The position numbers and the translations under genes were made by a program. The notes under the pieces are model-generated. The model made no database searches, had not been told where the DNA came from, and saw only the letters and a program-made list of their open reading frames with translations. A stretch of DNA of 64,000 bases, from the NCBI GenBank assembly GCA_919902495.1, contig CAKKRC010000041.1, forward strand, positions 30,786-94,785, written 5' to 3'. Every line of letters starts with the position of its first letter. The stretch's first letter is position 1. This document shows positions 24,561 through 34,235 of this stretch, in pieces. The DNA comes from Nitrospiria bacterium (GTDB lineage Bacteria > Nitrospirota > UBA9217).

Positions 24561-25571
24561 CTACTCCCACACCCCATCGATCATCGCCCCGCATTGTCCG
24601 CACTTTCCCATATGCACGTGGTTCTCCTCCACGGAGAATCCGAAGCGCTTCACCAGGGACGTTCCACAGCTCCAACAGATCGTTTCCTCTCCCTCACCGG
24701 GAATATTCCCTTCATACACATATCGAAGCCCCGCGTCGATGCCGATCTGCCTCGCCCGCTTCAGCGTTTTAACCGGAGTAACCGGCTGGTCCATGAGCTT
24801 GTAGGTCGGATGGAACCGTGACACATGCCAGGGAACGCCTTCACCCACGGACCGGACGAACTGTGCTATCTGCCGGAGTTCGTCCTCCGAATCGTTGTGT
24901 CCGGGGATGACGAGCGTCGTGATCTCGATCCATATCCCGAGTTCCTTATACAGGCGGATCGAATCCAGCACCGGCTGCAGCCGCGCACCGCATATATTCT
25001 TGTAGAAATCATCGGTGTATCCCTTGAGGTCGATGTTCGCGGCGTCGAGGAAGGGGCTGATCTCCCGGAGCGCCTCGGGGGTAATGTAGCCGTTCGTGAC
25101 GAAAACGTTCTTGATTCCGGCCTTACGGGCCAGCTTTGCCGTATCATAGGCAAGCTCGAAAAAGACCGTCGGTTCGGTATAGGTATAGGATATGCTTGCG
25201 CAATTGTGCCGCAGGGCGGCCTCAACGATCTCCGCAGGCGTCACCGGTTCGCCCCCGACCATGCCGGCATGGTCGCGGGGCAGCTGCGAGATGTCGGCAT
25301 TCTGGCAATGTTTGCAGCGAAAGTTGCAGCCAGCCGTTGCGATGGAAAAGGAAAGGCTGCCGGGAAGGAAATGGAAAAGCGGTTTTTTCTCTATAGGATC
25401 GATGTTGCGGGCGATGATCCGGTCATAGACAAGACTGTAGAGCGTGCCGTCACGGTTCTCGCGGACCGCGCAGATGCCCCGGTGGCCCGGGGAGATCAGA
25501 CAGTGGTGGGAACAGAGGCCGCACAGGACCTTGTTGCCCTCTTTCGGCTCCTGGAACATCGCCTGTTTCAT
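24561..25571 (-). CDS. AmmeMemoRadiSam system radical SAM enzyme
   Basis: CGLCSHHCLISPGHRGICAVRENRDGTLYSLVY...DPIEKKPLFHFLPGS...TAGCNFRCKHCQNADIS is characteristic of this PflA-like family. Confidence 0.85.
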   Translation of the reverse strand: MKQAMFQEPKEGNKVLCGLCSHHCLISPGHRGICAVRENRDGTLYSLVYDRIIARNIDPIEKKPLFHFLPGSLSFSIATAGCNFRCKHCQNADISQLPRDHAGMVGGEPVTPAEIVEAALRHNCASISYTYTEPTVFFELAYDTAKLARKAGIKNVFVTNGYITPEALREISPFLDAANIDLKGYTDDFYKNICGARLQPVLDSIRLYKELGIWIEITTLVIPGHNDSEDELRQIAQFVRSVGEGVPWHVSRFHPTYKLMDQPVTPVKTLKRARQIGIDAGLRYVYEGNIPGEGEETICWSCGTSLVKRFGFSVEENHVHMGKCGQCGAMIDGVWE

Positions 25572-25627
25572 TGTGTAGACTCCCTCTGTTCAATGCTCGC
25601 TGCTCGCTCCGCGTTCCGTGTACCTTC

Positions 25628-26428
25628 TCAACCATGGTTGTGCGATCCCATGGCGCTTCCCCGCTCCTGGACCTTTTCGTCCTTCCGTTTATGGTCCACC
25701 GCCTCGGCCTGGATCTTGGTCTTGCAGTTCTGGCAGATAAGATCGGGAGACGCATGCCCGCATACGATGCACCGCCTGTCCGAGGTGCCCTTCTCCCCTT
25801 CCGCCTTGAAGATCATCTCGAGGAACGTGCTCTCGGTGATATGGCCATCCAGGTGAAGTTTCGGGCCGAAGAGGGTGTACGGCAGTAACTTGATCCTGTG
25901 CTTCGCCAGGAACTCCGGATAGTCATCGGCGACGATGATCTCGGTCGAGACCAGCTTGTTCGCCAGCGCCAGGCCGATGGCGGTCTCTGCAACGGGCCTG
26001 CACAGGGAACAGTCATTCTCCAGGAGCACCTGGACCGGGACCTCGTTGACCAGCAGCTTCAGGGTATTGCTGATCCTGTCCGGGAACCATGCACGGCCGA
26101 CGGCAATGCTGTCAATGACATCCAGGAGGAGGATCAGCGATATCCCCTCGAGGCTGCCGCTGAACATCACCGTCCTTCCATCGTGGGATTCCACGACGCA
26201 TGAGGGGACCCGCGTGATGCCGTATTCCTCGCTCTTGTCTCGGTCCATGGTGATATCATAGAACTCCAGCGCTACCTTCGGGGCCGCGGCCTTGATGGCA
26301 CGGGCGATCTCGACCGTTTGCGGGCACATCTCGCAGCCCTTTTCCCCGGTCATAACGACCAGGCGGACCGGTTGGACAATGTTGGTAAGGGAATCTCGGA
26401 TGATCTGGTGTATGTTTTCCTTGATCAT
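25628..26428 (-). CDS. two-unit thioredoxin-fold protein (PDO/glutaredoxin-like) with C-terminal zinc ribbon
   Basis: Redox motifs CEMCP and CSLCRP about 110 aa apart. C-terminal CIVCG...CQNC. Confidence 0.5.
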   Translation of the reverse strand: MIKENIHQIIRDSLTNIVQPVRLVVMTGEKGCEMCPQTVEIARAIKAAAPKVALEFYDITMDRDKSEEYGITRVPSCVVESHDGRTVMFSGSLEGISLILLLDVIDSIAVGRAWFPDRISNTLKLLVNEVPVQVLLENDCSLCRPVAETAIGLALANKLVSTEIIVADDYPEFLAKHRIKLLPYTLFGPKLHLDGHITESTFLEMIFKAEGEKGTSDRRCIVCGHASPDLICQNCKTKIQAEAVDHKRKDEKVQERGSAMGSHNHG

Positions 26429-26512
26429 GGCATCACCTCGCGGAGTGAAGATGCGTATGATTTTAGTATACCAGAAGAGACGGCCAAGAGTATGATAATC
26501 ATAAAGAAAGAC

Positions 26513-26540
26513 TTGTTTTTCGCATCCAGTGTGTTATAAT
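26513..26540 (+). promoter_or_regulatory. sigma-70-type promoter for the triheme cytochrome operon
   Basis: TTGTTT-N16-TATAAT with an extended -10 TG (TGTTATAAT), about 43 nt upstream of the ATG at 26583. RBS GGGGGAGG. Confidence 0.5.
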
Positions 26541-26582
26541 CCTCCGCATGGAACTATCTATGCCAGGGGGAGGTACTGACCG

Positions 26583-26906
26583 ATGAAAAAGGGAATCATT
26601 GTCGTACTGCTGATCGTATGTCTGGTTCTGCCGTTCTCAGCAATGGCGCAGAAGGTAGGCGGCGGTGACATCAAGTTCACCCCCAAGAACGCCGGTCCGG
26701 TGAACTTCAGCCACGAGTCCCATGTCAAAGGCAAAGGCATCAAGTGCACGGGCTGCCACTACCAGATCTTCCAGATGGCCCAGGGTTCGTACAAGATGGA
26801 CATGAACAAGATCACGAAGGGAGACTTCTGCGGCAAGTGCCACAACGGCCAAAAGTCGTTCGACGTGAAGGGAACCGATAATTGCGTCAAATGCCATAAA
26901 CCATAA
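26583..26906 (+). CDS. c7-type triheme cytochrome c, paralog 1
   Basis: Signal peptide plus GGGDIKF...FSHESH, and three CxxCH motifs (CTGCH, CGKCH, CVKCH). Confidence 0.85.
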   Translation: MKKGIIVVLLIVCLVLPFSAMAQKVGGGDIKFTPKNAGPVNFSHESHVKGKGIKCTGCHYQIFQMAQGSYKMDMNKITKGDFCGKCHNGQKSFDVKGTDNCVKCHKP

Positions 26907-26921
26907 ATAACAGGGGGTCCC

Positions 26922-27236
26922 ATGCGGAACGCCATTCTGTTGTTTGTCCTGCTGTTCCTGTTCACCACGGCAACCACAGCTTTTGCAGTCGGAGGCGGAG
27001 ACATCGCGTTTACCTTGCAAAAGGCGGACCCTGTCCATTTCAGCCATGACTACCACATTAAAACGCGCGGCATCAAGTGCGTGGCCTGCCACTTTCAGAA
27101 GTTCTCCAGGGGTCAGGGTTACGAGATGAAAAAAGAAGTGATCACGAAGCGTGATTTCTGCGAGCATTGTCATAACGGGATGAAGGGCTTTGACGCAGGA
27201 TCGACGAAGAACTGCACCCGCTGTCACAAGAAATAA
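26922..27236 (+). CDS. c7-type triheme cytochrome c, paralog 2
   Basis: Signal peptide plus GGGDIAF...FSHDYH, with CVACH, CEHCH and CTRCH. Confidence 0.85.
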   Translation: MRNAILLFVLLFLFTTATTAFAVGGGDIAFTLQKADPVHFSHDYHIKTRGIKCVACHFQKFSRGQGYEMKKEVITKRDFCEHCHNGMKGFDAGSTKNCTRCHKK

Positions 27237-27250
27237 CAAGGAGGCCGCGC

Positions 27251-27583
27251 ATGACGTTGAGAACCGTAGGGACCGCGCTCGTTGTTGGACTTTTTGTTCT
27301 TGCTCCGCTGACCGCCCTGGCAAAGATAGGAGGCGGAGACGTCGAATACAAGCCCAAGGGGGCGGGCAAAGTGGTCTTCGCCCATGACTACCATGTGAAC
27401 CTGAAAGGGCAGAAGTGCAGCAACTGCCACTACAAGACCTTTCAGATGAAGGGCGGCGATGCCGCCTATAAGATGGATATGTCGATGCTCACAAAAGGCC
27501 AGTTCTGCGGCAGCTGCCACAATGGTCAGAAGGGTTTTGATCTGAAGGCGGCGGACAACTGCAAACGCTGCCACAAGGACTAA
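27251..27583 (+). CDS. c7-type triheme cytochrome c, paralog 3
   Basis: Signal peptide plus GGGDVEY...FAHDYH, with CSNCH, CGSCH and CKRCH. Confidence 0.85.
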   Translation: MTLRTVGTALVVGLFVLAPLTALAKIGGGDVEYKPKGAGKVVFAHDYHVNLKGQKCSNCHYKTFQMKGGDAAYKMDMSMLTKGQFCGSCHNGQKGFDLKAADNCKRCHKD

Positions 27584-27616
27584 CGTTCACCGCCCCCCCC
27601 TGCCATCATCACTCCG

Positions 27617-28324
27617 TCAGGCGAGGCCCAACAGGACCTTCGCAACCTCATCGGGCCGCGACACCATCATGTCGTGGCCCGCGTCTATTTCTATCGGCGT
27701 GATCCCCAACCGTTCGGCGAACCGCACCGTTAATTCAGGCGGCAGGCTCTTGTCCTTGAGGCCGAGGATATAGGTCTTCGGAATGTCGATATTCGGGAAC
27801 TGCCTGAAGTGTGTCTTCTCGAAGAATGCGGCGAGCGGCTGGGGAGTCAGTTGTTTCAGATAGAATTCCTTCTCATCCCCTTCCAGGTCGGTGAAGTACA
27901 TCGGCCGCAGCTGTTCCAGCGTACCAAAGACCTCTTTCACCTTCCCGTGCAGCTTGCTGAGCGGCTCCTGCCGCTCCTTCGTGAGCAAATCGATGAGCGC
28001 CTCGTTGTTCCTGGGAACGACCGCCGCAAGGTAGACCAGGTGCTTTATGCGCTCCGGCACCTCCTCCGCCACCTTGCTGATCACGATGCCGGACATGCTG
28101 TGGCCCACGAGCACCAGGTCCTTGAGGTTCTCCTTCCGGATGAACTGGATGACGTCATCGATATACGTGGACATGGTCGCAAACGAGCCTTCGGACGTGC
28201 GGTATCCATGGCCCGGCAGGTCGATCGCTATGGGGTTCGCACCGCCCTTCATCAGGAGCGGCATCAGTTTGTCCCACAGCCATGCGCCCCGCATGGCGCC
28301 GTGGATCAGAAGAAAGTTCGTCAT
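27617..28324 (-). CDS. alpha/beta hydrolase (esterase-like)
   Basis: FLLIHGAMRGAWLW..., the nucleophile elbow GHSMSG, and a C-terminal GHDMM. Confidence 0.8.
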   Translation of the reverse strand: MTNFLLIHGAMRGAWLWDKLMPLLMKGGANPIAIDLPGHGYRTSEGSFATMSTYIDDVIQFIRKENLKDLVLVGHSMSGIVISKVAEEVPERIKHLVYLAAVVPRNNEALIDLLTKERQEPLSKLHGKVKEVFGTLEQLRPMYFTDLEGDEKEFYLKQLTPQPLAAFFEKTHFRQFPNIDIPKTYILGLKDKSLPPELTVRFAERLGITPIEIDAGHDMMVSRPDEVAKVLLGLA

Positions 28325-28420
28325 AATGATATCTCCGTTCTATCTGTTACGGTACAGCATACGACTTTACACCGGAACGAAACAATTGACGAATGGGATC
28401 GTTGATGATCTGGTTCACTG

Positions 28421-28654
28421 CTATCGTTCAGCAGGTTTGTGACAAACGATGCATTGTTCCTTCGGTGGATGCGTATCTTTCAACGGCGCCTGCTTTCCCG
28501 GTGCATGGCAGGGCAAGCACGCCTCATTCGTTTTGAGATCGGCATGAAGACTATCGAGCGGAATAACAGGAGGCTTCTTCCCTGCCGATGATAAGTAAAC
28601 AAGGAGAAGAAGTACTGCTGCACCAGCAATAATAAGCGGCCAGGACTTATTCAT
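28421..28654 (-). CDS. small membrane-anchored diheme cytochrome c
   Basis: 77 aa with an N-terminal TM helix and CLPCH and CIVCH motifs. Its start lies 1 nt after the regulator's stop codon. Confidence 0.6.
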   Translation of the reverse strand: MNKSWPLIIAGAAVLLLLVYLSSAGKKPPVIPLDSLHADLKTNEACLPCHAPGKQAPLKDTHPPKEQCIVCHKPAER

Positions 28655-28655
28655 A

Positions 28656-30026
28656 TTATTGTTCCCTGATCTTGAACTTCTTCAGTTTATACCTCAGCAC
28701 CCGCTCGCTGATGCCGAGCTCTTCCGCGGCCCGGGTCTGCACCCCTCCGGCCGCCTTGAGCGCTTCCATAATGATACCGCGTTCAACCGTATCGAGGGTG
28801 TCGGTCAGCGAACCGTCGCGCTTCGCAACGCAGATCTTTTCCTCGCTCTCCATCGTCTTGAGGTGAATGGGGATGTCCGCCGAGGTGATGATCTCGCCTT
28901 TTGTCAGGACGACGGCCCGTTCGATGATGTTTTCAAGTTCCCGCACGTTCCCCGGATAGGAATAGCGCATCAGCAGATCACGCGTTTCCGCGGTCACGCC
29001 TTGTATATCCTTCTTGTTCTCCCGGCTGTACTTCCTCAGAAAATGCTCCATAAGGGCCGGGATGTCCTCTTTCCTTTCCCGGAGCGGCGGGATAACCAGG
29101 GTCACCACGTTCAACCGGTAGTACAGGTCCTCCCGGAACGATCCATCCTTCATCGCCTTTTCCAGGTCCCGGTTCGTGGCCGCGACCAGCCGCACGTCCA
29201 CCTTGATCGTCGCATTGCCGCCGATCCGTTCGAACTCCTTCTCCTGGAGCACGCGCAGGAGCTTCACCTGCACGCTGGGAGGAATATCGCCGATCTCATC
29301 AAGGAACAGAGTCCCCGTGTCTGCGGCCTCGAACCGGCCGATACGCCTGGCCGCGGCACCGGTAAAGGCGCCCTTCTCGTGTCCGAAAAGCTCGCTCTCC
29401 AGGAGTGTTTCAGGAAGCGCCGCGCAGTTGACCTTGATGAGCGGACGGGCGGCCCGGGGGCTGTGGTAGTGGATCGCTTTGGCGATAAGTTCCTTGCCGG
29501 TCCCGCTCTCACCCCTGAGAAGCACCGTGGCATTGCTGGCCGCCACCCGTCCCACCACGTTCATGACCTCTTCCATGGCATGGCTGGTGCTCGCGATCTC
29601 GTCGAACTTGTAGCGATCGATCAGCTGCTCCCGGAGCCGGGCATTCTCCCGCAGGAGGTTTTGGCGCTCCGAGATGCGTCCGATGAGCACCACGAGCTGC
29701 TCCAGGTCGATGGGCTTTGGCAGATAGTCATAGGCGCCTGCCTTGATGGCCTTCACTGCGGTCTCGATGGTGCCGAAGGAGGTCATGATGATGACCGCCA
29801 TGTCCGGATTGATCTTCCGCGCCTCGTCCGAGTTCCGGAGCGCGTCCACGCCGGGAATGTTGCAGTCCGTTATGAACACATCGAAGCGCTCACGTTTCAT
29901 GGCCTCGACCGCCGCTTCAACGCTCGCCAGGGCCGTGACCTCGTACTCCTTCTGTTTCAGGAACGACTCGATCCTGTTGCGTTCCTGGGCCTCGTCGTCC
30001 ATGATCAATATGCGAGCATCCTGCAT
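28656..30026 (-). CDS. sigma-54-dependent response regulator (NtrC family)
   Basis: REC (ILIMDDE...FITDCNIPG), AAA+ with GESGTGKE and the GAFTGA loop, and a C-terminal Fis-type HTH (AAEELGISERVLRYKLKK). Confidence 0.9.
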   Translation of the reverse strand: MQDARILIMDDEAQERNRIESFLKQKEYEVTALASVEAAVEAMKRERFDVFITDCNIPGVDALRNSDEARKINPDMAVIIMTSFGTIETAVKAIKAGAYDYLPKPIDLEQLVVLIGRISERQNLLRENARLREQLIDRYKFDEIASTSHAMEEVMNVVGRVAASNATVLLRGESGTGKELIAKAIHYHSPRAARPLIKVNCAALPETLLESELFGHEKGAFTGAAARRIGRFEAADTGTLFLDEIGDIPPSVQVKLLRVLQEKEFERIGGNATIKVDVRLVAATNRDLEKAMKDGSFREDLYYRLNVVTLVIPPLRERKEDIPALMEHFLRKYSRENKKDIQGVTAETRDLLMRYSYPGNVRELENIIERAVVLTKGEIITSADIPIHLKTMESEEKICVAKRDGSLTDTLDTVERGIIMEALKAAGGVQTRAAEELGISERVLRYKLKKFKIREQ

Positions 30027-30066
30027 CGTTCGTTAACCTCTGATGTTAATTATACAATGAAATATG

Positions 30067-31044
30067 TCATTTCGTGCCTGCACCACGGCGTTTCTCGTAC
30101 AGGTCGAACACGATCCCTTCGCGCAGCCCCCAGTCGCTCACCAGCATCTGACGGGCCCCGCAGCGACAAATGATCTCCTGTGCCACTATGGCTCCTGCGA
30201 GGATGATGTCCTCGCGGCCGGATTCAAGGCCAGCGAGTGTCTTTCTCGCATCCAGTGTGCTCACCGACAGCATGTGCACCAGCCTGTCCAGGGATGAACG
30301 CGACAGGATGTATCCATTTATCCGTGCAGGATCGTACTCGGTAAGAGCCTGGTCCATGGCGGCAAGGGTCGTGATCGTACCTGCCGTACCGGCAACGGTC
30401 GCGAAGAAAGATGGATGGACATCCCTGCCGCGGAACGCTTCGCGCTCCCACGCGTCCAGTTCTCTGCTGACGACCTTGCGGAGTGTGTCGAGTTCCTCCT
30501 TGAGCGGCGGATCGTTCCTCAGAAATCGCTCGGTGAGATAGACCGCTCCCAGGGGAATGCTCATCATGGACTTGACCTTGCCGTGAACGGTCTCGATGAG
30601 TTCCGTACTTCCGCCGCCGATATCGATCACCAGGGCCGAGGCAAGCGGGTCATCCTCCGTCTTTTTCGCGTACGACAGGGCGCGACGGACACCGGCAAGC
30701 ATTAGCCGCGACTCTTCCTCGCCCCCGATGATATTCAATTCGAGCCCCGTGCGCCGTTTGAACGAAGCCACAAACGTCCTGGCATTCGAAGCCTTCCGGA
30801 GCGCACTAGTCCCAACGACGGCAACAGGGATCCCCGGGAAGCGTTGCAGGACATTTACATACCCGTCAAGTGCCTCTAGGGATCTCGCCATGGCGTCGTC
30901 CGCGAGCCGTCCCGTGCGATCGAGTTCCTGCCCGAGTCGGGTGATGGTCCTTCCTGAATAGAGTTCGCGGTGGGTAATGTCGCTGGTATCAGCAACCAGC
31001 AGTCGGATGGTGTTCGTGCCGATATCGATACCGGCAAGGATCAT
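30067..31044 (-). CDS. Ppx/GppA family phosphatase
   Basis: AGIDIGTNTIRLLVAD, VGTSALR and IDIGGGSTE motifs. Confidence 0.85.
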   Translation of the reverse strand: MILAGIDIGTNTIRLLVADTSDITHRELYSGRTITRLGQELDRTGRLADDAMARSLEALDGYVNVLQRFPGIPVAVVGTSALRKASNARTFVASFKRRTGLELNIIGGEEESRLMLAGVRRALSYAKKTEDDPLASALVIDIGGGSTELIETVHGKVKSMMSIPLGAVYLTERFLRNDPPLKEELDTLRKVVSRELDAWEREAFRGRDVHPSFFATVAGTAGTITTLAAMDQALTEYDPARINGYILSRSSLDRLVHMLSVSTLDARKTLAGLESGREDIILAGAIVAQEIICRCGARQMLVSDWGLREGIVFDLYEKRRGAGTK

Positions 31045-31493
31045 GAAAGCAGGAGTTCCCGGAGTTTGCCGCTGTAGGCCTTGACGCGCATCGCCAGGAG
31101 CCTGGCAATGGCAAGGGTGATCTTTGCCGCGACGCGGGGGTCGAGGTCGAGAAGCGCAAGAAAATCCTTACGGGTCAGCATGACGACCTCGACCGCGCTT
31201 TCCGCCCGCGCGGTCACCGCGCGGCTCGACTCCTGGATCAGGGCGATCTCGCCGAAAAAGTCCCCCGGACCCAGTTCCAGGAGGCCGACCTCATCGCCCT
31301 CGCCTTCCATGACCGATATCCTGATCTTGCCGCTCTTGACGATGTAGAGGGCCTCGGCAGGCATCTTCTCGGAGAAGATGGTCGTATTTGGCTTCACCTG
31401 ACGCTCTTTGAAAAGGCCTGACAGAAGCTCGAAATCCTCGGCGGTGCAGCCCTTGAAGAGCAGGTTCTTTTTGAGAAGTTCTATGATTTCCAA
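31041..31493 (-). CDS. cyclic nucleotide-binding domain protein
   Basis: 150 aa with the cNMP-binding pattern GDFFGEIALI...RAVTARA. 4-nt overlap with the ppx-like gene. Confidence 0.8.
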   Translation of the reverse strand: MEIIELLKKNLLFKGCTAEDFELLSGLFKERQVKPNTTIFSEKMPAEALYIVKSGKIRISVMEGEGDEVGLLELGPGDFFGEIALIQESSRAVTARAESAVEVVMLTRKDFLALLDLDPRVAAKITLAIARLLAMRVKAYSGKLRELLLS

Positions 31494-31563
31494 TGGAGGG
31501 TCCTATTCGCGACGAAGAATGAGCAATTATAGGCACGTAGCCATACCTTGTCAAGAAACAATC

Positions 31564-33003
31564 TTACGGTTGATCGGATTCCGGAGCGGCCATCATCGTT
31601 TTACGCTCCGTCAGGACCACCGAGCCGGGCTTTGCCCCCTTCGGCTTTTTCACGTATGCGGCACGGGTATACGCCACCGGCACCTTGGCGGAATTCCTCC
31701 CCTTGCTGTACCAGGCCGCAAGGGATGCGGCCTTTTTGAGGACCCCTTCGGGAATGTCGCGCTTCCCGGGGTTCCTGACGACCACATGGGAACCGGGCAT
31801 GCCTTCGGCGTGGAGCCAGAGATCATCGGGCCGCGCAAGTTTCATGGTGATGTAGTCATTGCCGGCAGCGCTCTTTCCCACGAGGATCTCCCATCCCTCA
31901 TGCCCGATCGTCCTGAAAGGCGTCGCAGTCACGATACGCGTTCCCGAGACCTTTCCTGCCCCCTCCCTGATATATCCCCGCCGCGCCAGCAGCGACCTGA
32001 TAGCGAGCAGGCCGTCCCGATCGACCGCGGCACGCAGGTCCTCCTGCACCGACGTCAGGAACGCCGCCTCGTCACGGGCCTCGGCGAACCGCTCCCGCAT
32101 GACCGCGAGCCCGGCCTTCGCCTTCTTGTATCGTTGAAAATACCTGCTTGCGTTCTCCGCCGGTGAGCGCGACGGATCAAGGGCGACAGACACCATCGTT
32201 CCGTCATAACCGGAAAGTTCCGCGGTCATCTGCCCTTTCATCAGCAGGTGTTTGTTCGCCAGGACCAGTTCACCCATCAGGCGGAAGGTGTCACCCTGCT
32301 CCGCCCCCGCGACGTCCTTCGCCACGGCATCACGCCTGCGCACCGCTTTTTCCGCGGCCCTCCTGACGACGGAAACAAGTTCCTGCCTGAGCGATGCGGT
32401 CTCTTGTTCGGCAACGGTACGTTCGTACCATTTCTCGACGGCCCTGTTCACGGGAGCGGGCCCCGTATACTCCTCGGGGGGTGAAAGCAGGACGACCCCG
32501 CTCTTCGCTGCGAACGAACCCGGCCTTGGTTCCGGCGGGTCGTACTGCAAGCCGGCAAGGAACGGTCTCCTGACCTTGTCCCCCGGCGGCACCGGGCGGA
32601 ACACAGCCAGGATCGCATACTGTTGATCGGTCAGCAGGAGATTAGCGGATGATCCGATGAGCTCGAAAATGAGAACATGCACGGCACCTCGCGTGGAGAA
32701 TTGGAGCTCTGCCACGCGGTCCCCGTTCACCAGGCGTATTGCATCGACCCGTCCTCCGGTCAGATGTTTTTTCAGGGAAAGAAAGAAACCGGCGGCGACA
32801 CGGGTGCCGGACGGCTTATGAGAAACAAGGTGGATGCGGGGAAGAGCGCGTTCCGGGGACAGGAAAAGGATGTAATTCTTCCGTTTCTGATGCAGCACGA
32901 GGAAGAGGTTATGATCGGCCGCCTGGACCACCTTGTCCACCCGCGCACCGGGAAGGAGGGATGCCAGTTCATCGACGACCTTTACGAGGATATCAAGATC
33001 CAA
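31564..33003 (-). CDS. NFACT-family protein (FbpA/RqcH-like)
   Basis: NFACT-N pattern (VVDELASLLPGARVDKV...ALPRIHLV...FFLSLKKHLTGGRV) and a C-terminal DUF814-like WLHAEGMPGSHVVV. Confidence 0.8.
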   Translation of the reverse strand: MDLDILVKVVDELASLLPGARVDKVVQAADHNLFLVLHQKRKNYILFLSPERALPRIHLVSHKPSGTRVAAGFFLSLKKHLTGGRVDAIRLVNGDRVAELQFSTRGAVHVLIFELIGSSANLLLTDQQYAILAVFRPVPPGDKVRRPFLAGLQYDPPEPRPGSFAAKSGVVLLSPPEEYTGPAPVNRAVEKWYERTVAEQETASLRQELVSVVRRAAEKAVRRRDAVAKDVAGAEQGDTFRLMGELVLANKHLLMKGQMTAELSGYDGTMVSVALDPSRSPAENASRYFQRYKKAKAGLAVMRERFAEARDEAAFLTSVQEDLRAAVDRDGLLAIRSLLARRGYIREGAGKVSGTRIVTATPFRTIGHEGWEILVGKSAAGNDYITMKLARPDDLWLHAEGMPGSHVVVRNPGKRDIPEGVLKKAASLAAWYSKGRNSAKVPVAYTRAAYVKKPKGAKPGSVVLTERKTMMAAPESDQP

Positions 33004-33136
33004 TCAGCGTTCCTTTCGGAGTGAATGTCAAACGCACCCTAAAGGGTGCGGCTACCAAGATTATAAAATGAATGCTCTCAGATATGGTAGCCGCAGGCTT
33101 TAGCCTGCGAAATCAGTTTTTCAGCAGCGCGTTAGA

Positions 33137-33174
33137 CTGGATTCCCGCTCAGGACCGCTGCGGGAATGACGATA
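33137..33174. repeat. hairpin repeat CTGGATTCCCG...CGGGAATGACGA, copy 2
   Basis: ATTCCCGC/GCGGGAAT stem. The flanks are identical to copy 1 at 5135-5170. Confidence 0.7.
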
Positions 33175-33248
33175 GTGAGACTGCGAGCTTGCAAATTATC
33201 GCATACGGCCGTTATTCCGCATTCCGCAATCCGAAATCCGCAATGGGA

Positions 33249-33989
33249 TCACGGCAACTGCAGCATCTTATGCACCTGCGGGATCACGCGCACATCCTCG
33301 AGGATCTCCAGGGCAATGTCCTGGAACAGGATAAGCGACTCCACCGGGGGCGACACGGGGCCGCTTGCCGGCTGAATAATGAACGGGACCGTTCGGTCCT
33401 GCTCCGCTACCAGGCGGGCGGCAATGAGGATCTCATCGGGCGTCGTGCTCCCGCTGACCACGGACTTCACGAACCGCTCTATCCCTTCCGTTGCGGACAG
33501 GAATTTCCGGTGCTCGTCCCAGTGCGCCCGCTGGCCCGTTGCTGATGGCAGTTTTATGTCCATGCTCACCACATCGATCAGACCGGCAAGCGCGCGCATC
33601 TCTGCGAAATGGACGCCGTTGGTCTCGAGATAGATCCGGAACATCTTCCGCTCCGAGGGCAGCCATTCCTGAAGGAACGGCCGGTGCAGCAACGGCTCGC
33701 CGCCGGTGATGCTCATGACCGGACGAGATACGCCGGGAATGCGCAGGCGTGAGCAAAGTCCGGAGAGGCCTGCCGGACTGAGGGGATTCGGCACTGATTC
33801 GCGCTCAAAGGAACCGGGTGAGACCTGCGCCCGGCAGTTCCTGACCTCGGATCCCGAAACGTTCTTGACCGCATCGGGCGTGTCACAGTACGCGCAGCGC
33901 AGGTCACAGCCCATGAAACGGACAAAGATGTGCCGTTGGCCGACCCACGGCCCCTCGCCCTGAACGGACGCGAATACCTCGTCGATCAT
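33249..33989 (-). CDS. queE: 7-carboxy-7-deazaguanine synthase-like radical SAM enzyme
   Basis: MIDEVFASVQGEGPWVGQRHIFVRFMGCDLRCAYCDTP is a QueE-type N-terminus. An alternative ATG is at 34001. The longer ORF-track N-terminus is unsupported. Confidence 0.75.
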   Translation of the reverse strand: MIDEVFASVQGEGPWVGQRHIFVRFMGCDLRCAYCDTPDAVKNVSGSEVRNCRAQVSPGSFERESVPNPLSPAGLSGLCSRLRIPGVSRPVMSITGGEPLLHRPFLQEWLPSERKMFRIYLETNGVHFAEMRALAGLIDVVSMDIKLPSATGQRAHWDEHRKFLSATEGIERFVKSVVSGSTTPDEILIAARLVAEQDRTVPFIIQPASGPVSPPVESLILFQDIALEILEDVRVIPQVHKMLQLP

Positions 33990-34235
33990 CGCGCTGATCA
34001 TTGGCCAATAATACAGGACAACAACGGCAAATACAAGGTCCGCAGCCGCCAAACACGCCCTGTGATAGCCTTGATACGTAATATTGGTGCGACCCGCCGA
34101 TGAGCAGAGGCAATCGCGCTCCAAGAGGATCATTCGGCGATACAGCAAGACAATGATTTTTCAGGATTTTCTGGTAACTTTACCTTGACTTTGACGGGCC
34201 AATCGGGTATTAAGTAACAAATGCAAGGAGTCCTC

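Noticed and set aside
26429-26582. A sigma-54 (GG-N10-GC) promoter upstream of the triheme cytochrome operon or norC that would link them to the NtrC-type regulator.
   Set aside because: I found no TGGCAC-N5-TTGC-like match by eye in 26429-26582 or 2465-2861. The cytochrome operon has a good sigma-70-type TTGTTT-N16-TATAAT instead.
34002-34235. A preQ1 riboswitch upstream of the queE-like gene.
   Set aside because: The minus-strand leader lacks the A-rich AAAAAACTA tail and the small hairpin typical of preQ1-I. No other riboswitch-like conserved core was recognisable.
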